From a virus: a stretch of 64,000 bases of DNA. Shown here in pieces: positions 34,000-42,093 of the stretch. The notes beneath the pieces were generated by a model. It saw nothing but the letters and a program-made list of their open reading frames with translations, had not been told where the DNA came from and did no database searches. The translations under genes and the position numbers were made by a program. Numbering within the stretch: the stretch's first letter is position 1; every line of letters starts with the position of its first letter. The stretch is taken from positions 1-64,000 of the IMG/VR virus record IMGVR_UViG_3300018481_000004; one strand, given 5' to 3'.

Positions 34000-36492
34000 A
34001 TGCGTACGGAGCTTGATCAGACCGATTCGCAGCAGGCGTTTCACTGCGTGTTCCTCGGCAACATCTACCGACCCGAAGAAGGCGTGTGGAAACCCGAGGG
34101 CAGGCCCATTGGGGCGACGCACACGCCTTGGGAGCAGCTCTTCACCTTCCTCACCGAGGACCGGCGCGTCGCAAGCAAAGGCGAAGCGAAGCTGTTTTTA
34201 CCTGGCAAGCTCATCGACGAACCGGTGGAAAATGAGAAGGGCTCGACCCTGCTCAACGAGAACATCGAGCACCTGAGCTTCCTCGCTATCGACATCGAGG
34301 GCGGAGGCACACTCGACAAGCGCCAGCCGCTGCTGACCGAAGACGACCTCGTCGACATCCTCGCGCGCCTGCAGTCGCTTCCGTACGAGACCGTCTTCTT
34401 TAATAGCTTCTCGGACGGCGCGCAGTTCAAGGGGCGTCGCGGACGTATCCTCGTGCCCTTCGCCGCGCCCGTGGACCCCGCGCAGTTCGGACAGACGCGC
34501 AAGACCCAGGGCAAGTGGTGGAGCCGCTACATCTTCATGGCGCTGGCCAAGGAGATCCTCGGCGACTGCATGCTGCACCCGGGCGTCCGGGCCGGCCTTG
34601 AGGGCGCCAAGATCCTCGCTGGTAAGTATTACGTGCGCTCTGCTCCCAAGGAGCCGGCTGCAGAGCCGTGGCTGATGCGGTTCAACGAAGGCACGTACTT
34701 CGACCCGACGATGGTCGTCGCCAAAGCCAGCGAGCGTGCGAACGAGCTACAGGAGATCGGCGAGCGCGACGCAACCGGGCTCGGCATCCAACCGGCCAAG
34801 CTCAAGAAGGTGCTCAAGCGCTGGCAGGACTCAGACAACCCGGACGAAAACCGCGCGTTTCAAGCGATGCAGAAGGTGATGCGCGGCGAGTGTGAGGCTG
34901 CCCCTGGTGCGGGTTTTGACACCAACAACCTCGTCTGCCGCCTACTGGCCAAACACTGCAGCCCCTTTGACCCGCAGGTCGTCGCGCGCGAGCTGTTCAC
35001 GAAGAGCAGCCAAGCGTGGGCCGCGATCAGCCACCAGTCCCTGGAGCACGAGGTCGGCTACGTCACGAAGAACCTGCACCACTGGCACGAGTTTTTTCAC
35101 AAGCAGGCAATTGACTTCGCCAAAGAGACGCGCGCATGGCGCGGCCGACTTGCGTTCAAGGCCAATGGCGAGGCCAAGAGCACGACCGCCAACGTCCTGC
35201 TGATCCTGGATAACCACCCCGACTGGGAAGGGGTGCTCGGGTACAACACCCGATCAGAAACCTTGTGCTTCATGAAGCGCCCACCGTCGGAGAAGCGCAC
35301 CGATCAGATCTACCCCATCGCGGTGACGGACGCTGACCAGTCACACGTCCTGCCGTGGTTACAGTCAGAGGTCGACATCTCCGTGGAGAGTCGCGCGGTG
35401 TTCGAGTGCATGACCGCCGTGGCGCGCAAAAACCGGTTCGACCCGGTCAAGACCTACTTCAATAGCTTGAAGTGGGACGGTAAGCCCCGCCTCGACACCT
35501 GGCTCATCGAGTGCGGTGGAGTCGCCGACAACGTGTACACACGCGCGGTCTCTTCCCGCTGGATGATCTCGGCAGTCGCGCGCACCTACGAACCTGGATG
35601 CAAGGCAGACCATATGCTGGTGCTCGAAAGCCCCCAGGGCTGTGGCAAGAGCACGGCCTTTCGGACGCTGTGCGCCGACCCCGCGTGGTTCACGGACCAC
35701 CTCCCGGACATGCACTCCAAAGAGGCGTTTATGGCGCTGCGCGGCAAGCTCATCGTCGAAGTCAGCGAGCTCAACGCAATAGCCCGCTCAACCAATGAGG
35801 CGCAGAAGAAGTTCTTGTCGAGCCAAGTCGACTGCTTCCGTCCACCATACGCGCGGACCACCATCGACAGTCCTCGTCATTGTGTCCTCGGTGCGTCCAC
35901 GAACACGTACCGGTACACATCGGACGTGACGGGCACGCGGCGCCACTGGCCTGTGCGCATCACCGTCGAGCGCATCGACATCCAGAAGCTAGGCGCGATG
36001 CGCGACCAGCTCTGGGGCGAAGCGGTGCACCGTTACCACCAGGGCGCCACATGGTGGCTCGAGACAACCTTTCTCGAGAAGCTCGCCCAGCGCGAGCAAT
36101 CCAAGCGGCGGCAAGAGGATCCATTCGAGGGTTTCCTCGAGCGATATCTCCACACTGAGCCAATCGCGATGCCCAAGCCCGAGGAGGTCGACAACGTCTT
36201 TCGGGCGATTGGTACGGCGTTGAAGGTGTACCGCCGTGACAACGGCCAACCAGGCGGGGAGCTCCTTGTCTTTCATGAAGCAGTCTTTTGCGCGCTCGGC
36301 ATTGACAAGGCCGCCCACCAGATGATGGGGCGCCGCGTTAGCCAAGCCATGAATGCTCTTGGGTGGGAGGAGGGGCCACACCTTCGCTTTGGCGTCGAGC
36401 GAGCTCGGACGTTCGTCCGTAAGGGAGCAGAAGGAACAGAAGGTGCGGATGTTGTTCCTATTGTTGTTCCTGAAAAAGATCAACCAAAATAA
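34000..36492 (+). CDS. DNA primase / VirE-type P-loop helicase
   Basis: Walker A LVLESPQGCGKSTAFRTL, then EVSEL, FRPPYARTT, GASTN and TGTRRHWPVRI, the VirE-family pattern. The large N-terminal region may be primase-polymerase-like. ATG at 34000 follows GGGAGAGGGAAAG. Confidence 0.85.
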   Translation: MRTELDQTDSQQAFHCVFLGNIYRPEEGVWKPEGRPIGATHTPWEQLFTFLTEDRRVASKGEAKLFLPGKLIDEPVENEKGSTLLNENIEHLSFLAIDIEGGGTLDKRQPLLTEDDLVDILARLQSLPYETVFFNSFSDGAQFKGRRGRILVPFAAPVDPAQFGQTRKTQGKWWSRYIFMALAKEILGDCMLHPGVRAGLEGAKILAGKYYVRSAPKEPAAEPWLMRFNEGTYFDPTMVVAKASERANELQEIGERDATGLGIQPAKLKKVLKRWQDSDNPDENRAFQAMQKVMRGECEAAPGAGFDTNNLVCRLLAKHCSPFDPQVVARELFTKSSQAWAAISHQSLEHEVGYVTKNLHHWHEFFHKQAIDFAKETRAWRGRLAFKANGEAKSTTANVLLILDNHPDWEGVLGYNTRSETLCFMKRPPSEKRTDQIYPIAVTDADQSHVLPWLQSEVDISVESRAVFECMTAVARKNRFDPVKTYFNSLKWDGKPRLDTWLIECGGVADNVYTRAVSSRWMISAVARTYEPGCKADHMLVLESPQGCGKSTAFRTLCADPAWFTDHLPDMHSKEAFMALRGKLIVEVSELNAIARSTNEAQKKFLSSQVDCFRPPYARTTIDSPRHCVLGASTNTYRYTSDVTGTRRHWPVRITVERIDIQKLGAMRDQLWGEAVHRYHQGATWWLETTFLEKLAQREQSKRRQEDPFEGFLERYLHTEPIAMPKPEEVDNVFRAIGTALKVYRRDNGQPGGELLVFHEAVFCALGIDKAAHQMMGRRVSQAMNALGWEEGPHLRFGVERARTFVRKGAEGTEGADVVPIVVPEKDQPK

Positions 36493-36660
36493 CCACTTAC
36501 CTCTCTAGGAACACTAGGAACAACAGGAACAGATAGGTAAAGGATAGGAAAAATGAAAACTAGGGGAGTAATAAAAATGATTTTCAATGCCACAACAGGA
36601 CGTGTGTAATTCACGTGAATTTAGAAAGAGGAAGGGCTGTTCCGTTGTGCCCGTTGTTCC
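36433..36660. repeat. Iteron cluster plus AT-rich core, a putative replication origin
   Basis: GGAACA at 36433, 36508, 36517 and 36526. TGTTCC at 36453, 36465, 36638 and 36655. An AT-rich stretch spans 36535-36630 and includes the 14-bp palindrome AATTCACGTGAATT (36608-36621). Confidence 0.5.
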
Positions 36661-36714
36661 TAACAGGATAGTCAGCAAGGCGATTGAAACTGATTTTTAT
36701 TGAGGGGGAGAAAG

Positions 36715-37212
36715 ATGATCACGCAAGCTGAACTGCACGAATACATCGCAAACCCAGAGTTTGGGACGGTTTTGGACGTGCTTGTCGAAGCCGGCCTGCT
36801 GGCGGGGCAGTGGACGGCGGCCGACCTCGAGCGCGCGCTCGCCCTGCTGGCTCGCCGCGCACAGATCCACGAGGACATCCAGTCGGTGCAGTTGAGTGCG
36901 CAGTCGTTCGAGGAAATCGCGTACTCGCTGGCGGCTGTCGCGGCTGTTTCCTCGGAGAAGAGGATGAGCCGCTGGAACAGCGCGGAGGGCGCCGGGTACA
37001 AGCGCATCTGGAAGCGCAACTGGCGCGCGATCGAAGAAAACCGCGCCGCGGAGATGGAGCGCGAAAGCGAGCTGGCCAGGAAGCGTCGTAACAAGCAGCG
37101 TCGCGTGGAGAAGAGCGCGCGCCTCGAAAGTTTGAAAGAAGCACGCCTGGCTCGGAAGGCGCAACTTCGCGCGATCCGCACCTACAAGTCGCCGCCGCGC
37201 GACTCGATGTGA
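36715..37212 (+). CDS. Hypothetical protein with basic coiled-coil C-terminus
   Basis: ATG at 36715 follows GAGGGGGAGAAAG. 165 aa. Confidence 0.6.
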   Translation: MITQAELHEYIANPEFGTVLDVLVEAGLLAGQWTAADLERALALLARRAQIHEDIQSVQLSAQSFEEIAYSLAAVAAVSSEKRMSRWNSAEGAGYKRIWKRNWRAIEENRAAEMERESELARKRRNKQRRVEKSARLESLKEARLARKAQLRAIRTYKSPPRDSM

Positions 37213-37309
37213 ATCTGAGGCGTGGGGAGGGAATGTGGACGGTCGTCGCAAGTCTTCATTCTCATAATGAAAATGAGCCGACAGGGCCTGTGGATAAGGG
37301 GCGGAAAAC

Positions 37310-38686
37310 ATGGAGCAGACGGCGACGACGGTGCTGGAACGTGCGCGGGAACAACAGCAAGCTAGCTTGTCGTCGCTGCTGCCACCGCGCTCCATCGACT
37401 TCTTCTCGGACGAGCGCCATGCGGAGGCCGCCTCGCGCGTGCGCATCGTTGGCGCCGAGGACCTTTCCCCGGACCAGCGCGCAGCGTTCGAACAGATCCT
37501 CAGCTGGGCGCACCGTCCGAGCCAGCCAGTGCTCAGCCTGGGCGGCTATGCGGGCACGGGGAAGACGACACTCATGGCGGCAGTGGCTGACGTCCTGTGC
37601 CGGCAGCGGGGGCTAGCGGTCGCCTTCCTGACGCCTACTGCCAAGGCCAGCTCGGTGCTCACGCGCAAGCTCGGCAAACTGGCCTACGCCGCAACCTTTA
37701 TCGGCACGGTCCACTCGTTCATGTATGTGCCGATTCTCGACGCGAACGAAGAGCTGACAGGCTGGGGCCGCCGCTACTTCGAGCGGGTCGAGTACCCGGA
37801 CGGATCCGTCTCCTACATGGCCAAGGGCAACTCCGACGTGCCGCGGCTGAACCTGATCATCGTCGACGAGGCGTCCATGGTGAACGCGGAGATGGAGGCA
37901 GACATCCTCGCCTTCGGCATCCCCGTGCTCGCGGTCGGCGACCACGGACAGCTGCCGCCTGTGCAGGGGCAGAGCTCGTGGATGACGAGCCCGGACATCC
38001 GCCTCGAGCAGATCCATCGGCAGGCCGCCGACAACCCCATCCTCGCGCTCGCGACCTTCGTGCGCGAAGTGGGCCGCCTGCCGCCGGGCGTCGAGGACTT
38101 CGGCATCCCGTACTTCCACAGCCTCAAGGCAATGGAGAACGGCCTTCGTGACGCGTACGTGCGCCGGGGCTTGCACGAGGTCGCCATGATCACCTACACC
38201 AACCGGCTGCGCGCGCAGCTCAACCTCGCGGTGCACCAGGAGCTGCAGCACGCGGACGACCCGTGCAAGGGCACGCAGGTCATCTGCTTGAAGAACGACC
38301 GGCCCATGATCAACGGGATGCGCGGCGTGGTCGTGTCGGACGTCGAGCACAAACACATCTGGTGCGTGGGACGCGTCGAGTTCCCGGACGAGGGCTTGAC
38401 CTACCACGGGCCGTTTTTGCGCAAGCAGTTCGGGCTCGCCAAGGTTCCCAAGAACTTGGACGTCGCCTCAGAGCTGCTCGGCCGCAAGGTCGAAAAGCTT
38501 GAACACCTCGGAGTCTTGCTCGACTACGGGTATGCGCTGACGTGCCACAAGGCGCAGGGCTCGCAGTTTCAAGAGGTCTTCGTCGTCCTCGAGGGAGGCC
38601 GTCGACCGCCCGACTACGCGCGCTGGCTCTACACCGCGATCACCCGCGCGAGCGAGCAGCTGTCCTTCTGCGAGACGTGGAGCTGA
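37310..38686 (+). CDS. RecD/Dda-like SF1 DNA helicase
   Basis: GGYAGTGKTTLM (Walker A), LIIVDEASMV (Walker B), VGDHGQLPPV, QIHRQ and YALTCHKAQGSQF. Confidence 0.85.
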   Translation: MEQTATTVLERAREQQQASLSSLLPPRSIDFFSDERHAEAASRVRIVGAEDLSPDQRAAFEQILSWAHRPSQPVLSLGGYAGTGKTTLMAAVADVLCRQRGLAVAFLTPTAKASSVLTRKLGKLAYAATFIGTVHSFMYVPILDANEELTGWGRRYFERVEYPDGSVSYMAKGNSDVPRLNLIIVDEASMVNAEMEADILAFGIPVLAVGDHGQLPPVQGQSSWMTSPDIRLEQIHRQAADNPILALATFVREVGRLPPGVEDFGIPYFHSLKAMENGLRDAYVRRGLHEVAMITYTNRLRAQLNLAVHQELQHADDPCKGTQVICLKNDRPMINGMRGVVVSDVEHKHIWCVGRVEFPDEGLTYHGPFLRKQFGLAKVPKNLDVASELLGRKVEKLEHLGVLLDYGYALTCHKAQGSQFQEVFVVLEGGRRPPDYARWLYTAITRASEQLSFCETWS

Positions 38687-38688
38687 CC

Positions 38689-39165
38689 ATGGAAAACAAC
38701 GATGATCTGACTCTTCGATCGCTACAGGTGCAGCTTCCGTGGAACCTGCCCTACAGCCATGCGTTCAACAGCGCGCGCTTACCTCATCTCGACTTTCAAC
38801 ACGCGTTGATGCACGTCGTGAAGGCGAGCGGCAAGCTTGCTGCGCTCTGCGACGATGCAGACCACGGGCGGGACAACTTCGAGACCGAGGAGGTCAGCGC
38901 ACGGCTCGCCGACCTGGTGATTTGCGCGCTGCGCATGGCCAACACTGCGCCGGGCGGGCTCATCTGCCTACAGTCCGCGGTCGAGGATCGCGTCGAGAGC
39001 AAAAACCACGTCAAGCTCACGCGGGGCGAGCTTCTCAACCATGCAGAGAAGCTCGTGCTCGCGGACGTGCTTGCGCTCGATGCGCGGCTCGACACGCTCC
39101 GATACCAGGGGTCTGCCCTCGATGTGTTGCAGGGCATGCTCCGCAAGCTGGGAGCCAAGCCATGA
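38689..39165 (+). CDS. Hypothetical all-alpha protein (possibly MazG-like NTP pyrophosphohydrolase fold)
   Basis: ATG at 38689. HALMHVVKASGKLAALCDDADHG..EEVSARLADLVICALRMAN loosely resembles MazG-type helices. This is a weak call. Confidence 0.55.
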   Translation: MENNDDLTLRSLQVQLPWNLPYSHAFNSARLPHLDFQHALMHVVKASGKLAALCDDADHGRDNFETEEVSARLADLVICALRMANTAPGGLICLQSAVEDRVESKNHVKLTRGELLNHAEKLVLADVLALDARLDTLRYQGSALDVLQGMLRKLGAKP

Positions 39166-39392
39166 GAAAACTGAACGACGTTGGCGCCCGAATTCTTGAA
39201 CTGGTGAGGGCGCAACAGGCACCCCCAGAACCAGCAGCAGCAGCCACCGGCGAGGCGGAGGAGCAACACTTCATCGCGACGCACGATGAGAAGACGGGCG
39301 GGCCGAAACTGACACCGGTGAGGCGCAGCCCCAATCGGCGTGAACGTCGCGCAGAGAGAGCGCGCCATCGCTCGCGCTCAAAGGTGCTCTAG
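39162..39392 (+). CDS. Small hypothetical protein
   Basis: ATG at 39162 overlaps the upstream stop (ATGA). 76 aa with a basic C-terminus. Confidence 0.45.
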   Translation: MRKLNDVGARILELVRAQQAPPEPAAAATGEAEEQHFIATHDEKTGGPKLTPVRRSPNRRERRAERARHRSRSKVL

Positions 39393-39576
39393 CCCCTATC
39401 CGTTTGGGCTTTTCCTTCTTCGCGTGCATCGAACCGGTGCGACCGCTGCGACCCTTGTGTACGGGACCGGCGCTGCGCCCGTGACGTTGGATTGCGCGCC
39501 ATTTTCGTCGCGTTTTGCGCTGGTGGCGAACACGTGCCGGCTTGGCCATGGGAAAGAGCCTACCCCACGAGGCGCG

Positions 39577-39676
39577 AGTTTGAGTAGGAGAGGCCCCGTT
39601 CTTAAACTCAAACTCGGCTGGCAAGTCAACGCAATCTGCAAGGTTTTGTCCCGTTGGCGTGCAGGGGGATGCAGAG
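39577..39676 (+). promoter_or_regulatory. Inverted AGTTTGAGT / AAACTCAAACTC boxes plus CAGGGGGATGCAGAG
   Basis: 39577-39585 and 39604-39615 form an inverted repeat. CAGGGGGATGC lies at 39662. All sit in a 320-bp intergenic region. Confidence 0.35.
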
Positions 39677-39714
39677 AGGGTGGTAGGGGCGGCGTGTAAT
39701 CGCGGGGGGAGCGC

Positions 39715-39963
39715 ATGACACTCGGGCAAAAGCAGGTGCACCTGCGCGCTGAGATTCTTCAGCGCTTCAAGTATCGCGACACGGTCAAGCCATGCTGCCC
39801 GATCTGTGAGCTGCCCGCGCCGCCGCGCTGCCGTCTCATTCGTTGGGCAGAGCCGTGGGGACACCGCTGTCCCCACGGCGAGCCGTGCCCTGCCTTCATG
39901 CAGCAGCACGCGCTGGGCGCCTCGTTCTGCCAAGAGTGCAGCCCCATCCACGTGAGCGCGTGA
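39715..39963 (+). CDS. Cys-rich small protein (zinc-binding candidate)
   Basis: 82 aa with CCPIC, CRLIRW, HRCPHGEPC and CQEC. GGGGGGAGCGC precedes the ATG. Confidence 0.5.
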   Translation: MTLGQKQVHLRAEILQRFKYRDTVKPCCPICELPAPPRCRLIRWAEPWGHRCPHGEPCPAFMQQHALGASFCQECSPIHVSA

Positions 39964-39994
39964 TGGGGACCGTCCCCAACATGGACGTGCGCCC

Positions 39995-41671
39995 ATGAGC
40001 GAGCCCTTCGCGAACTTGGCAGGGTTCAAGCTGCCCGTCGTGCAGGCGCCCGCGCCATCGGACCGCGACCGGCCCAAGCATCATCCGCTGCTCAAGCTCA
40101 ACCCGCTCGGCCTCGTGCCGCGCTTCCCATGGAACTACAGCGCGTCGCAGATCGACACCTGGCGCCTATGCCGGCGCAAGTGGGGCTATGGCGCGCTCGA
40201 GAGCATTCGCGGGCAAAATCGTTTCGCAGTGCGCGGCACCGAGGTGCACCGGCACGTCGAGAACTGGCTCGTCTACGGCCAGGATCCACCTGAAGACGAC
40301 CGCTACGGCCTGCTCGCGCGCGTGGGGATCAAGCACCTGCCTCTGCCCAACCAGTGTGAGGTCGAGCGCGAGTTCGAGTTCATCTCTCCGCTCGGCCATC
40401 GCTACACGGGCGCCATTGATGTCATGAAGTTCGACGAGGAGCGGCGACGTCCCGTGATCTGGGACCACAAGTCGACCACCTCGAAGAAGTGGGCTCTCAC
40501 CCCAGACACGCTGCGCACGAACGTGCAGGCCGTCATCTACGGATTGATCGCCGCCATCCGCTGGCAAGCGGCCGAGATCGACCTGCACTGGCTCTACTAC
40601 ATCGATGTGAAAAATCGCGCGCGGTGCCATCCCGTGTCGACGACCGTCACGTTCGATCACCTGCTGTTCGAGTTCGACAAGATCGAGCAGACAGCGTGCG
40701 AGATGGCGGAGTTTGGGCGCTCGCAGAAGACGGCAGTTGCACTGTCGCCCAACGCGCTCGCCTGCGAGCAGTACGGCGGATGTCCTCATCGGGATCGATG
40801 CCCGCTCACGGATGAAGAAAAAATGGAGGCCATCATGGAGCAAAGTTCGTTACGCGAGAAGTTGATGCAGCGGGCCAAGGTGGGCGGCGCGCAGGCTGCT
40901 GCACCAGAGACCACCCCCGCAGCGCAAGCCGCGCCCGCAGCGCAAGCCACGCCCGCTGCGCAAGCCGCGCCCGCTGCGCAAGCCGCGCCCGCGGCGCAGA
41001 CCACCACGCCTGAGCAAGCGCCTGCAACGCAGACCGCGGCGCCCGCGAGCCAGCCCGTGGGCAAGCCGGTGTCCGTGCTCGACAAGATGAAGGCGCAGGC
41101 GTCGGCGAGTGCAGCCAAGGGTGCGACCGTGACAAACATCCATGCAAGCGCGCCTGCAGCCCCGCCGGCTGCGTCGACGGTCGCGCCGCCCGCAACCAAC
41201 CTCTTGCAGAAGCTCAAGCAGCGCGTTGCGCAGGGCGAGGCACCGGCCGAGGCAGACGCGCAGTCAGTAGACCGCGTTGAAGCGGCGGGCCTCGCCGCGC
41301 TCGAAGAGGCCGCGGCTTTGAATGGGGAGGTAGAGCCGGCCCAGGATCCAGTTTCGTTTCAAGCATCTGACGTCAACCCACCCGAACAACCTGAGACTCC
41401 CGTCGATGACCCAGACGTGCTAGCGCAGCAGACCCCTGCCGCGGCAAAGAGCAAAAAAGCGGCGACTGAAACCCAGGGTGAAAGTAGCGCCGAAGATGAG
41501 AAGAAGAAGCGTGGCCGCCCTGTCGGCAGCGCAACTGTCAAGCCCTTGACCGACGACGGTTACATTTTCGGACGTGTCTATGAAGCGGCGCTCATGGTGT
41601 TTCAGGATGAGGGAAAGGCGCAGGTGTGCGCGCAGAACGCACTCAAATCTTTCCGCGAGGTTCGAGCATAA
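39995..41671 (+). CDS. PD-(D/E)XK nuclease, Cas4/RecB-like, with Fe-S Cys motif and a long low-complexity C-terminal region
   Basis: N-terminal Cys in SQIDTWRLCRRKW, then GTEVHRHVE, GAIDVMKFDE, VIWDHKST (D..DxK), QAVIYGL and CEQYGGCPHRDRC. PAAQA repeats follow. Confidence 0.8.
   Translation: MSEPFANLAGFKLPVVQAPAPSDRDRPKHHPLLKLNPLGLVPRFPWNYSASQIDTWRLCRRKWGYGALESIRGQNRFAVRGTEVHRHVENWLVYGQDPPEDDRYGLLARVGIKHLPLPNQCEVEREFEFISPLGHRYTGAIDVMKFDEERRRPVIWDHKSTTSKKWALTPDTLRTNVQAVIYGLIAAIRWQAAEIDLHWLYYIDVKNRARCHPVSTTVTFDHLLFEFDKIEQTACEMAEFGRSQKTAVALSPNALACEQYGGCPHRDRCPLTDEEKMEAIMEQSSLREKLMQRAKVGGAQAAAPETTPAAQAAPAAQATPAAQAAPAAQAAPAAQTTTPEQAPATQTAAPASQPVGKPVSVLDKMKAQASASAAKGATVTNIHASAPAAPPAASTVAPPATNLLQKLKQRVAQGEAPAEADAQSVDRVEAAGLAALEEAAALNGEVEPAQDPVSFQASDVNPPEQPETPVDDPDVLAQQTPAAAKSKKAATETQGESSAEDEKKKRGRPVGSATVKPLTDDGYIFGRVYEAALMVFQDEGKAQVCAQNALKSFREVRA
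40916..41005 (+). repeat. Five tandem 18-bp units encoding PAAQA(A/T)
   Basis: CCCGCAGCGCAAGCCGCG-type units were read directly. They lie in frame within the nuclease gene. Confidence 0.8.
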
Positions 41672-41754
41672 AAAGTGCGCTCAGACCCTCGAATAGCTGG
41701 TACTAACTCCTGGGTCCGGCGTGTAGGAGCCATGAGGTTGAGGAGGGGGAGCGC

Positions 41755-41973
41755 ATGAATCTCGGTAGATACGCCGTCGCCTTCGCGGACTTGGACGGAG
41801 AGCTCTTTCAGGAGGTTTTCGATTCTGAAAACGAGCTTCGGGCCGGTCAGATGTTCCTGTTTTCCTACTCGCCCGAGGCGGAGGCAGAGATCGCCGGGTT
41901 CCAAACCTTCGAGGAAATGAACGAGTGGTGCACGCGCTGCGGGACGGCCATGATCGTGACCTCGCTAGCCTGA
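41755..41973 (+). CDS. Small hypothetical protein
   Basis: 72 aa. GAGGAGGGGGAGCGC precedes the ATG, and a strong terminator follows. Confidence 0.5.
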   Translation: MNLGRYAVAFADLDGELFQEVFDSENELRAGQMFLFSYSPEAEAEIAGFQTFEEMNEWCTRCGTAMIVTSLA

Positions 41974-42003
41974 ATAGGGCGACGCGCTGCAGGCGCTTGT
42001 ATG

Positions 42004-42047
42004 AAAACGGGTTCGTCAGACTGATCTGACGAACCCGTTTTTGTTTG
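42004..42047 (+). terminator. Rho-independent (bidirectional) terminator
   Basis: AAAACGGGTTCGTCAG (42004-42019), loop ACTGAT, CTGACGAACCCGTTTT (42026-42041), then TGTTTG. The 16-bp stem is perfect. Confidence 0.8.
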
Positions 42048-42093
42048 TGTTGGCTGCTGTCAAATTCAAACCAAAGAGATTTTGGAGGAAGAC

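Noticed and set aside
36433-36660. CRISPR-like array
   Set aside because: The repeats are only 6-9 bp, irregularly spaced, in both orientations and partly inside a coding region. There are no cas genes. An iteron/origin interpretation fits better.
39396-39716. 106-aa minus ORF and the overlapping plus ORF 39340..39699 in the 320-bp gap before 39715
   Set aside because: Pro/Arg/Ser-rich, with no SD and no coupling. The region carries the inverted AAACTCAAACTC boxes and is more likely regulatory.
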